This document shows, piece by piece, positions 12,253-24,750 of a stretch of 64,000 nucleotides of DNA. The stretch spans positions 43,214,001 through 43,278,000 of the forward strand of contig NC_042999.1 of the NCBI RefSeq assembly GCF_006345805.1, given 5' to 3'. The notes under the pieces were generated by a model that was not told where the DNA came from, did not search any database, and saw only the letters and a list, made by a program, of their open reading frames with translations. Origin of the DNA: Octopus sinensis (taxonomy: Eukaryota). Position numbers and translations under genes: made by a program. Within the stretch, counting starts at the first letter, position 1, and every line of letters starts with the position of its first letter.

Positions 12253-15113
12253 TACCTGCCAAGAGCCACAGTTATGGGTCAGACAATAGAAGATGGTCAT
12301 ATGGCTAAGGTGTACAGGACTTGGAGGCAGGCTGGCCACAAGACATGTGTCACACACGTTAGCCTGTGTCTCATGAGTAAGCTTGGGAGAGCTGGAGACT
12401 AACAGGGTAACTGTAAATATACTAACAGAAAGCAAGAGGAAACCACTGTAGTATCTTTTTCAAGAAAATGTCATGAATATTTAGACCTTAGCATGAAGGT
12501 CCATAATGACCAACATCTGTAACGGAGGGAAAGAGAAGGACTTTCTAATAAAGGCTTGAAGATTTTTAGAGAAATAGGTGAAGTGTAATATAACTGAAGG
12601 CATCCCAATTAGGAACTGAAACATGTTGACAGATTTTGTGATTTTGCTACTTGCCAATCACAATACACTTTTTACAATAATAACAAACTCAAAACCCCTC
12701 ATCCACACACACAATGTCAGAAAGTAGGGCTTCTATTTTTCAGTGTGCTTAAAAACATCAGCTAAATCTAGCCCTAATCAAATCCTGTGCCTTGAAGAAA
12801 GGAAGAGCACATTGGCTATTGTAGGTCCCAGATGCTTGAAAAATAATGATGTGATGGCTACAGTTCAAACATCTTTCATCAACGGGTCTGCTCAGAATTG
12901 ACCAGAAGCTAAGTAATGAGAAAAAACACATTGTATACAGTGTAGGATGATCATGATTGGAAAGTCTTTGATCATAAGTTTCCTTAATTAGGAACTAAAT
13001 AACAATACAAACTCTACTCCTTCCCTTAATTTTTTTTATATTTATTATAAAAAAAGAGCATATCAGCTAATTTTGATAGGTGCATATTTCTCCTACTACC
13101 ACTCTGGCTACATTTTGTTTATGCTTTTAGTTACTTCGAATCAAACCAAGAGTATATAAGAACTAAGAAAATGAAGACTACTAAACATGGACATGAAATT
13201 TCAATGTCACAGCATTATTTACAATAGGTCGTAAGTTATAGAAAGTAAGTCAGATCAGAAGTTTATTATTATTTTCCCAATACAACAACCTTAACTGAGT
13301 CACTAAGAATATTATCTCACAATCTAGCAAATAATAGTTTGTTTATGGTTTGTTACATTTAATGTACAGGGTACAAAGTTTATTTCCATTTTTTTTTTTA
13401 AATTATCTATCGTCATGTTAAAAGCACTCATATCAGCACCACATAATGGAGCATTTGTACTGATGCAAGGCAATAAAATCGCTCAAGCTGGTGCCACATT
13501 AAAAAGCATCTGTACCAGTGCCATGTTAAGAAGCACCCCCCTGCTAGTGCCATATAGGAAGCACCCAGCACACTTTGTGGAAGTGGTTGGAGTTAGGAAG
13601 GAAGGGCATCCAGCCTTTAGAAATGACATTCAAATCAGACAAATAGAGCCTGGGTTGCTTTGCAGCTGGCCAACTCCTGTAGAACCATCCAATCTGTGCT
13701 AACATGGAAAACAGATGTTAAATGATGATGATGATGATGGTGGTGGTGGTGATGATGATAAGGAGGAGGAGGAGGAGGAAGAGGAGTCATTTGAGCCATT
13801 TAAAAACACACCAATGAAATCTGTTCAATTCACTTGTTTATTTCCTGAGTTGTCAAATTTTTTAAATTGTTCCTCTCTGCGGCCCTGAACTACTTTACTA
13901 GAGGAACCTGGAACCATGTCCAGTGACCAACGTAACACAACAATAAGGTAACAAATATTTCAACACTTCAAGAAATAAATTAAAAATGAATTTAACAAGG
14001 TTTTTTTTTTTTTTTTAAAATCATTTATGTGTTATTGAATTGCTAAAATGACTCATCTGAAATGTAAATACTTCAGTTTCAACAGAGTTTTACATCAACT
14101 TATTTGCTACACAAGTTACAATTCTGAAATATTTGTTTCAGGTTTCATTTTGCACTACTTTATCTTCATGAAGCTGACCCAGTAAACTAGCTTCTCTCTA
14201 AAGAAAGACCCTACCCAAAACATTAATCTCGTCTTCCTTACAGTAAAATAATTTATTCATCATCATCACCCTCATCATCTCAATGTTTACTTTTCCATGC
14301 TTCATGGGTCAGACAGAACCGATAGTAGCAAACATTAGTCAGCGAGCTGGCAGAAACGTTAGCACGCCAGGCAAAGTACTTACCAATATTTTGTGTCTTA
14401 CTACACTCATGGAGTAAATTGGCATTAGGAAGGGCATCCAGCTGTAGAAACACTGCCAGATCAGACTGGAGCCTGGTTGCAGCCTCCTGGCTTCCCAGAC
14501 CCCAGCTGAACCATCCAACCCAAGCTAGCATGGGAAACAGACGTTAAACGATGATGATGATTCTACAGCCAGGTGTCCTGCTTGTCACCAAACCTCATTT
14601 GTTTCCATGGAAGATTCAAAATGAACAATATTTGTACACCTGTGAAGCTCAATTTACAACTAACACACAATGTCAGGGCAAGCAGAGACAACTGCGCACA
14701 CATGTACATATACACAGCACACACACTTACAAACTCATATACCTGCTTATGTGATGGGCTTCTTTCAGTTTCTGTCTACCAAATCCACTCAGATGGCTTT
14801 AGTTGACACAAGGATATAGTAGAAAACACTTGCCTAAGGGTGTCAGACATCAGAACTGAACCCAAAATCATGAAATTGGGAAGTTTTTTTGTTTTTTTTT
14901 ATCACGCAGCCATGTCTTTGAATTTATTATTGTATTTACTATTTATCAACACAGACCATCACTAGTTTCCTTGGATTGTATTATTTACTACATTAACAAG
15001 TAACTAACTAGTTTCTTTAAAAACTAAACATAAAACTGGCCTGAAGTTGGATATTTTCAAGATTTCAAGTAGGACAGTACTTGAGTTTTATTTCCCATCC
15101 TCTATCCTTCTCT

Positions 15114-15147
<34 letters not shown>

Positions 15148-15150
15148 ACA

Positions 15151-15188
<38 letters not shown>

Positions 15189-15532
15189 TACACAGTTAGG
15201 TATAAGTAGTGGAAGGAGATTAATCACATTCCAAAAGCTAATCCTTAAGCCAATATGTCAACAAGATTGGGATGGTCCCAGATAGAAAGTTTACTATAAA
15301 ATTTAAAAAAAAACACACTCACAAAAAGACAAGAAAACCGGAAAAATGTATTTGATCAGAGTTAGTTAAGACTGTACATTTGTGGCATTATTCATTACTT
15401 CTCTCCTCATGAAGGTTATTGGAAGAGCAAAAGAAGGGAAACTGCTTCCATCAAAAACAATAACCACAAGAGAGAGATATTTAGAGCAACAGAAAGCATG
15501 TTAAGTTCTTTCAATAAGCAAGCATTTGAGTA

Positions 15533-16176
15533 TACACAGTCTGATCAATAAGTATATGGACTGTTGCCATAGTAAAGCACACAGAGTGAAGCCGCTTGGC
15601 ACAGACTGACTTGAACTCTGCTGTGCATGCACACTATGTTTTAACATTCTAGCTCACTTCTGCTGTTTACAGCAGTGCTTGGAAGGAACATGTGTAGCAT
15701 GTGATCGTCGCATTGACCATGACAGAGGAGGTTGAGCAGAGAATCTGCATCAAATTTTGCTAAAAGTTTGGCGATACCTACTCAGAGGCCAATTCAAAGT
15801 TTTCAAAAAATTTTCATCATTCTTGACACAATTAAGGAGATTTTGTGCAACTGAAACCCCAATGTCTTTTTGGTCAGCTGAGAGCAGCTTTGGCACAAAC
15901 TTGGCAGACACACATCTCATACCCAAATCTTCAGTGATAATGGACTGAACTGAACCATAACTGATCTGCACATCCTTTGATAACTCACAGAGGATGATTC
16001 AATGATTTTCCCCCCTCACAACTGCATACACATCTGCAATGTTTTACACAGGTCTCCCAAAACATTCATCAATATCGACATTTTTCGGCCATCATCTTTG
16101 CCAAGCAGCTTCACTCTCCATGCTTTAGCTTCGTTACTATAGCAACAGTCCGGATAGTTATTGATGAAACCTCATA
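15533..16176. mobile_element. Rearranged non-autonomous mariner with two 5' ends
   Basis: Inverted ends of ~75 bp: TA-CACAGTCTGATCAATAAGTATATGGACTGTTGCCATAGTAA..AGAGTGAAGCCGCTTGGCA versus revcomp TA-TGAGGTTTCATCAATAACTATCCGGACTGTTGCTATAGTAA..AGAGTGAAGCTGCTTGGCA. The plus strand encodes the N-terminus MTEEVEQRICIKFC*KFGDT. The minus strand encodes the middle part, EDLGMRCVSAKFVPKLLSADQK..NDENFLK. Confidence 0.9.
16133..16146. promoter_or_regulatory. RFX X-box match inside the mariner end (partner at 15563-15576)
   Basis: GTTACTATAGCAAC fits GTHNYYATRRNAAC at all positions; the left end GTTGCCATAGTAAA has one mismatch. Function is untested. Confidence 0.45.
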
Positions 16177-18054
16177 ACTCCCAACAACTATGATTTCTAT
16201 AATAACAATAATACTTTCTTAATAATAATAATCCTTTCTATTATAGGCACAAGGCCTGAAATTCCATGGAGGGACAAAGTCAATTACATCAACCCCAGTG
16301 CTCAACTGGTACTTAATTTATCGACTCTGAAAGCATGAAAGGTAAAGTCAACCTCAACAAAATTTGAACTCAGAACATGAAGGTGGACAAAATACTCGTT
16401 GTATGTATGTATGTATGTATATATTATCATCATCATCGTTTAATGTCCGTTTTCCATGCTAGCATGGGTTGGATGGTTCAACTGGAGTCTGGGAAGCCAG
16501 AAGGCTGCGCCAGGCCCAGTCTGATCTGGCAGTGTTTCTACAGCTGGATGCCCTTTCCTAACGCCAACCACTTTGTGAGTGTAGTGGGTGCTTTTTACGT
16601 GCCACCTGCACAGGTGCCAGATAAGGCTGGCAAACGGCCACGATCGGATGGTGCATACACACACACATATACGACAGGCTTCTTTCAGTTTCCGTTTACC
16701 AAATCCACTCACAAGGTTTTGGTCAACCTGAGGCTAGAGTAGAAGACACTTGCCCAAGGTGCCACGCAGTGATTAAGCTTATGCATATTTGTAGAGTGCT
16801 CAGCCACTTGCTAGTTAATTTCACGAGTAGGCTGTTCCGTTATTCAAATCAACTGGAAACCATGTCATGGTAACCAATGGAATACCAGATTCCTGAGACA
16901 GGCACTCCAATGACGAAAGAGCCTCTGCCTACAAGAAACAGCGGCTAAATTTTTCAAAATCACACAGTACTACCTTAATAGAAGTAAATATTGACTATGT
17001 TCCTGCATACTCCTAAACAGATGGAATGTTCACAGTTGGAATATCTCTGTTCATAGGTCTGCTTGACTTGGGGGTTAAACAACAACCAAGGAAACCTCTA
17101 AGGTTCGCAACACACCTTCTAAAAAGTAAGAAACAGGTGGATTTCTAGATATTCATAAATAGCACACCTGAAGTGGTTTTATACCTTGCTAGAAACAGCA
17201 ACCAAATCTTTAAATCCTATTCTATTGTAAAAAAAAAAAACAAAAAAAAAACAACAAAAAAACAAAAGAATGGATATCACAGTCCTAGATAGGAGGGGGG
17301 TGGGCAAAGACAAAGAAAACAGATTGTTCAGGTTGGAAGTAGAGCAACCCTTGCCTTTGATCAGAGACCTGCTTGATCAGAGCTAACATCAGGGTGGAGA
17401 GGGACACTAACACCAACTACAACAGCATTAGATACATAAAAGAGAAAGGTGTGTGATTTATTATGATAGAATCTGAGTAGATAAAAACCCAATAGTGAAA
17501 TAGAAGCTTTTGATCCAATGTCAACAGAGAAGATATTGCTTTTAACAGCACTTCATATGAGAGAGAGAGAGGGAGAAAAGAAAGAAACAGCTTGACCTTT
17601 AGCACAACACGAAAGTGAAACTCAAGACACACAGAAGCAACAAGTGTGTGTACCTGTGTCAGTGTGAGTGAGTAGTGTACAAGTTGATTAACATGTGAAC
17701 CCTCCAGTATATTCACTATCTAATAAACAACTCCATCTTCCACTCACCTCACACACTCACCATACCTTTATATATGTGTATATATACACATACACACATG
17801 TATGTATATGTGTGTGTATATATGTGTGTGTAAACAAACACGTATGTATATATATATATACATATATGTGTGTATACATAAACACGTATGTATTTATAAG
17901 CATTTATGTATGTGTATGTATGTATATGTGTATATATATATATGTGTGTATATATATATATGTATGTGTATATATGTATATATATATGTGTATATATGTA
18001 TATATATATATATGTGTATGTATATATATGTATGTATGTATATATGTATGTATG

Positions 18055-18086
<32 letters not shown>

Positions 18087-18639
18087 TATATATATGTATG
18101 TATATATATATGTATGTATATATACATACACACTGCACAGACATAGAGAAACTAACACACAAATACATACGCACACACTCACTAACAGGCATACAAAAAG
18201 CCAACAATCATAAATATCACGTGTGTGTGTGTGTGTGTACACATACAGACAGACAGATACATGTATACATACACACAGAGGATTGAAAGTATATGTTAGT
18301 ATATACACACATAGAGAAACAAACTAACATGTAGATATAAATAAACACAAAACAGACTTTGAATCATATGTACGGTACATTGTTGTTTCAACAAAGAAAA
18401 TTCTTGTTTTAATGTTACATACCAATAATATAGAGAATCTGATAAGAAATCTTGCTATTTCCATTAGTAACAACCAACAAAAGAAACTATGATATGCCAT
18501 CAAGGAGAGCCCAAACAGCATGTTGTTGTTGTTGTTTAGCCCCAGGTCTGTCTTGATTAAGCAAACATTTGATCAAAGATATTCCAGTCATGACCATCTC
18601 GTATTTTTATTCAGCCAGTTTAATTATGACTACCCTATC

Positions 18640-18874
18640 TATTTCTTTATTGCCCACAGGGGGCTAAACATAGAGGGGACAAACAAGGACAGACAAAGGG
18701 ATTAAGTCAATTACATCGACCCCAGTGCGTAACTGGTACTTATTTAATCGACCCAGAAAGGATGAAAGGCAAAGTCGACCTCGGCGGAATTTGAACTCAG
18801 AACATAACGGCAGACGAAATACGGCTACACATTTCGCCCGGCGTGCTAACGTTTCTGCCAGCTCGCCGCCTTCA
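18640..18874 (-). mobile_element. Young family 2 SINE
   Basis: Near-identical to 1588-1817; 18-bp TSD AATTATGACTACCCTATC (18622-39, 18875-92). Older copies cluster at 1990-2840, 10720-11160, 16230-16395, 22215-22650, 39830-39940 and 53500-54490. Confidence 0.9.
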
Positions 18875-20988
18875 AATTATGACTACCCTATCCCCATGTG
18901 TCACTTTTTAAAACAGCCGTTAAATCTCCCTCATATCACACCTTACCTATGTTCAGTGAAATTAAATAAAAACCTAATAATACTGACTACTGATGTAATC
19001 TATCAGCCTGTGAAAAATAGCAACCAAACCTTCCTCAAATCACACCTTAATGCTTTAGCATTTCAATTACTCTGTCAAAGGTAACGGTTATCTATTCACA
19101 CTGTTTAGAATTAATTATGTATTTTCTAGTAGCTTTGAGATCTTGACAGGTGTGATTGTTTATTTCTAAAATGACATTGTAGGATATGTGTGAGGGGTCA
19201 AATCTGGCCAGTTTGAACATAAAACAGAGAATATTTAGGCAGGATATGGCCAGTTTAACCTGTAAGTACCTGTTTTACTTTCTAAATGTAATGCATTCAC
19301 ATTGTTTAGAATTAATCATGTATGACTGGCAGAATATTTGGGTCAGATATGGCCAGTTTAAATGCTAAAAGATTAAATAAGAAAGACACTGGAAAAGTCA
19401 TCTTTGATGTATAATGTGTGAAAGTAAGACAATCTTTTTTATCTTTTACTTGCTTCAGTCAAGAATTTCAATCAAATGAATCAATCCCAGTACTTATATT
19501 TTGTAAAGCCTGGTACTCGTTCTATCAGCCTCTTTTGCTGAACCACTAAGTTACAGGGATACAGACACATACACACACAAAGAGTTTGGGTTTCTTTCAG
19601 TTTCTTTCTACCAAAATCACTCACAAGCTTTCGGTCAGCCCAAAGCTATAAAAGACACTTGCCCTATGTACCATGCAATTGGACTTGAACCCATAAAACT
19701 ATGTGGCTAGGAAACAAAATTCTTATCACACAGCCACACCTGGTCGCACATAGAATAGCTGTGATCATAGGTCTGCTTATCAGGGCTGACCAGGGGTTAA
19801 GCAACAACATGAAAATAGAACCTGTGAAGATAAACACCAACATGATACAACACCTACCTACTTCAAACACATAAGGGAATCTCTATATGTCTGCTGAATC
19901 TGCAAGAAGTAGTAACCAAATCTCTCTCAAATCACACCCCCATCACCACAGAAAGGAAAACCTTGGATAAAGTTGTCCTGTGTTCCCCACACATAGGAAA
20001 AAATTGGAATAGTCCACAAATGGAATGCTTTTGATCATAGGTCTGCTTGGTCATGGTTATTCCGGGGGCTAAACAACAATAGCTTATCTACTTAACCATT
20101 CACCCAAACAAGCAAATAGCCTCCCCTGGCATCTAACCAGTCGACCACACCCATCCACTTCTGACTACAAATCTTCTAACACAGTGTCAAAACCAAACCA
20201 GATAGCATTAACCCAGCTCTTTTTCTTTTTTCTTTTTTTTATTGTGACTCCTACTCCTCAACTCTCTCTCTCACACATACACAGACTGTTCCACATCAAT
20301 AATGTCTGCGAAGTACAGGAATCTTGGTAGCGCGCAATATTGATCAAAAGACAACATTCTGCATGTTTTATAGCATAATCAGTTCAGTGTGGTTATTGCA
20401 TGATGTAAAAATGAAAGAGAGGAGAGGAAGGGGGGCAGGAGAGGAGAGAAGTTTGTTGTGGTTGCAAGCAGCCGTAGAGAAGAGAGCATGAGAAAATGGG
20501 AAGGAGACGGGGGGGGGGCGTTTTCCAAAGAAACAGTCTAGTACAAATCACTATTGGTGCTAACCAATTTCATAAGTGGTGGTGGTGACTGACAAGACAT
20601 AAGAATTTAAATAACAACAATACAATGTGGCAGTGGCAACCAGCAGACGAATGAGATTAGGAGAAGGAGCAGGTTGATGAAAAAAAGAATAGTTCAGAAG
20701 AAGAGGAGAGGCAAGTGAAGAATGAAGAAAAGGAGAGGAAGAATTGAAAGAGTCAAAGAGGAGGGTTAATAACCACCACCACCACCATCATCGTCTAATG
20801 GACTGCAACCTCTGCACAGAACATGATGAAGGACATGCCACCTATCCCATTTCATCAGTTACAGAATCACTATCCTTCGTGAGCTTTTAATTTCGAAAGG
20901 ACATCCATGGTTCATCCTATCTTGAGCCAGTTTCCAGATGATGAGTACAAAATGATTAACTGTAGACAAAAACTACACTTGAAAACTA

Positions 20989-22170
20989 TTGGATTGGCAA
21001 GAAAGTAATATTGCAAATAGTTAGGATCTTTTTTTTTTAATGACTTTTTTTAATATTATGATTTTTTTTTTTTTTTGACATTTGATAGCCGCTTACTTTA
21101 TCAGCAAATTGTATGTAATTTTGCTTACTTCAGTGTTGATTTTAACATGGAGTGCAAATACGAACATTTTCTCCTTATTCTTCTTTTTTATTTCTATAAA
21201 GAAAAGAAAGCCACTTAGGCTCATAAAGAGATATGTGACGTTTATGGTTTAACAGAATGCACATCGTTTAAAAAGTTCTGTTCTGGAGATTTTTCACTCA
21301 AAGATGACCAACATTCTGGTCAAGCTACTGAAGTTGATGATGACTGAATCAAAGCCATAACTGAATTTGATTGTCATATAACTGTGCCAGATTGCAGAGA
21401 GGTTAAATGTATCATACACAGTAATTGAAAATCCCTTAAAATATATTGGACTCATTAAGAAGCTCAATATGCATCTCAAACACAGTGAAATCAACTTTTT
21501 TTTTTTTTGAAACAAATCATCCCTGATGATGCAAAATAGATTGTCTATAATAACATCAATCAAAAACAATCCAAGTGTAATAAACTAGCACAAACCACAT
21601 CGAAAGTTGAATTGCATCAGAATAAGGTCATGCTGTCAATTTGGTGGGATTACAAAGGTTTTGTGCATTTTGAACTGCTTCCAAGGAACCAAACAATCAA
21701 CTCAGATGTTTACTGTCAACAACTAATGAAACTAGGAAGTAATCAAAGAAAAATGGCCAGAATTGGCAAATCGCAAAGGAATCCTGTTCTACCATAGCAA
21801 CACTAAGACCACATACATCTTTACTAACTCATGAAAAATTATTGGAGATTGGTTGGGGAGTGATGTCACATCCACCATATAGACCTGACCTTGCACCATC
21901 AGATAACTATTTATTTCAAAGTTTGAAAAATTCTTTGAATGGTAAAACTTTCATTAATGATGATGACCTGAAATCGCACTTGCTTCAGTTTTGGGTTGGT
22001 AAGGACCAAAAGTTCTATGAGCACGGAATTATGAAGTTGCCAGAAAGATGGCAAAAGGTCATCAAACAAAATGGAAAATATATAAATGATTAAAGTTAAT
22101 TCTTTGTATGAAAAAAAAAATGACTTTTATTTCACACTACAAAAACAAAATTACTTTCTTGCCTACTCAA
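20989..22170 (+). mobile_element. Decayed near-full-length mariner transposon (mellifera-subfamily-like)
   Basis: TIRs TTGGATTGGCAAGAAAGTAAT (20989) and revcomp TTGAGTAGGCAAGAAAGTAAT (ending 22170), with TA on both sides (20987-88, 22171-72). Transposase remnants run from ATG 21147: MECKYEHF..ILLFYF, WWDYKG..FELLP, HPPYRPDLAPSD, LPERWQKVI..NG.YI. Confidence 0.95.
21147..22093 (+). pseudogene. Mariner DD34D transposase pseudogene
   Basis: Transposase motifs are spread over several frames with stops, frameshifts, a deletion before the first catalytic Asp (LKQIIPDDAK*IVYNN) and a lost second Asp (HSN in place of HDN). ORF-track fragments 21612-21797 and 21842-22093 belong to it. Confidence 0.93.
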
Positions 22171-22427
22171 TACATACTTTGTACCTAAACCAGAAACCTA
22201 TAACTATTACTATTTTCAATGTGGCAAGCTGGCACAATCATTAACATGCTGGACAAAATACTTAGCGGTATTTTGCCCATCACTACATTCTGAGTTCAAA
22301 TTATGGAGAGGTTGACTTTACCTTTCATCCTTTCGGGGTCGACAAATTAAGTACCAATTGAATATTGGGGTTGATGTAATCAACTGATCCCCTCACACAA
22401 AAAGCTGCCCTTATGGCAAAATTTGAA

Positions 22428-22465
<38 letters not shown>

Positions 22466-22667
22466 GGCAGCAAGCTGGCAGAACGATTAGCATGTCAGAG
22501 AAAATGTGTAATAGCATTTCTTCTGACATTTTACTTTCCGAGTTTAAATTCCGTCAACTTAGCCTTTCATCCTTTCAGACTCAATAAAATAAGGATCAGT
22601 TGAGCACTGGAGTCAATGCAATCAACTAGACCCTCCCTGATAGTTTTAGGATAATCAATATTATTAT

Positions 22668-23113
22668 TGAGTGAGAGAGCAGTTCATGCCATCAAAGTGA
22701 CACTGGGGTAAAATATACGAAGCCCAGTATGACTGCCTGTCTGATAAGGGTACACTAGGCACATGCATCACAACCATATGTGCATGACATGGTGATCTCA
22801 TATCAAAATAAAAAGTACATGACCTTGCAGGTGGGGCCTAGTTAGAATTTTCTTCTGGTCGAGTAACCCATCCCGCTCAAAAAGTCCCTGAATAAGGGTT
22901 GTTTAAGGATGTTGAACGAAATACCAATGTTTCCAGAGGTGAATTATCCAAACCCCAAAGAATCCCTCTCAACACATGGACATAATATTCCCCCACTACT
23001 TCTGCTCGTGATCAGAGATGAACATATCTTCAGCCACTAAGGGACATGGTCAACTGGTTATGGTCAAACAACCGACAAAACTGTGGTATTGAGCAGAATA
23101 TTTGCTGTAGCCC
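22668..23113. mobile_element. Unclassified interspersed repeat (second copy ~53805-54035)
   Basis: Shared ..caacacatgg..gatcagagatg.acatatc.tcagc.actaagg..ggtcaaacaac.gac..ctgtggtattgagcagaatatttgctgtagccc at both loci. Confidence 0.7.
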
Positions 23114-23901
23114 AAGCCCATTATCATTATTATTATCATTATTGTAGTCAATTGGCTGAATTTATTTGAGCCAAATCGGTTTAGTTTAAATGCTGAACAG
23201 TTAAAGAAAAGATATAAATCTGAGTGTCAATACTTCAGTTATTCAATAAAAGAATTAAGTAATTAATAATCTTCTATAGTTTACATTAGTTTATATTTGT
23301 GGTCTAAAACGAATATATAACTATCATTTCTTTTTAGTATACATTTTTTTTACTTTAAACACAAAGTGTGACATAATTTTAATTTGCTTTAAAGTATGCC
23401 ACAATTTTACTTATGCAAAATTAATAACAAATACCAACAGAAGAAAGACATATCATCAATAGCATGGCAGTGAAAGCCATGTCATAGAATTCACAGCAGT
23501 TCTAAAAGAGATAATGATTTTTGTTTTTCTTTTATCATTTATTTTTTTTTATATAGTTTATTTCTTAAAGAGGAAAAAAAAAATTTTTTTAAATAGATTT
23601 TTATATAAATTTATTTATGACCCAAAACCCAGCCACGCCACCCATTATCCACCATGTGTAATTAATGTGGTTAATGTCATAAAGTATTACAATATTAGCA
23701 ACGAAGCAGCACAAACGATCATAATTGGAACAATGTTAGTTTTCTAGACAAAGCTCTCATACACACATATATATACATGTACATATGCATGCATGCATGG
23801 GTTTATATTTACACTAAACTCGTATGGCTTTCAGTCAATAAAAGGTGCTTTCAAAAAAAAGGAAAATAAAAGTAAATTACACAAAAAAATAAAAATATAC
23901 A

Positions 23902-23951
<50 letters not shown>

Positions 23952-24167
23952 ATATATATATATATATATTATATATATATATATAGCACATAGAAAAAAT
24001 AAAGAAATATTAAGCTAGAGCAATAAATGAATAAATGAACAAAATAAAATGAAATAAAAATCATATTATGCTGGGTGAAATAAAAATAAAAGGAAAATTT
24101 GATTTCTATACATATATGCATGCATACAATATATACGTATGTGCATGAGTGTATGTATGTGTGTGTG

Positions 24168-24237
<70 letters not shown>

Positions 24238-24712
24238 ATGTAGATATATACGTACATACATATGTGTTTCTATACATGTACGTGTACAGGTATGTGTGTG
24301 TGTGTAAGGAAATTGAATTTTTGTAATAGAAGGAATCAAATTTCCACAAGTGTGTTCTCTTCACTGACATCCTTTAGCACTTGGCAGCCATGTAAATCTT
24401 TTCTATTTTGCTTTTAATTCAATCTTCAAAAGCCAAAAATATTCATGGCTGCAACTTTTAGTGAAAGAAAAGAGAAGAAAGCGGTGCTGGTGGGGGAGGG
24501 AGGGTGGAGAGAGAGAGAAAAAAAAAGAGGAAAAAATAAGACAAAAAAAAACGTGGAAAAAAAAGGAAAGAAACAAACAAAAAAAGGCATCAAGTCAACT
24601 GTCGTATGATATTAAATCTGGTGAACTTGATTTGGGTAGTGAATTACATGCATGCACACATATTCATGTGTATATGTGCATGTGTGTGTATGCATATATA
24701 TGCATGTGTCTG

Positions 24713-24750
<38 letters not shown>

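Noticed and set aside
9494-17750. Strong minus-strand donors TG|GTGAGT (~9495) and GAG|GTGAGT (~17745) as FoxN first-exon ends
   Set aside because: No convincing paired acceptor or promoter; both are adjacent to microsatellites and cannot be supported without RNA data.
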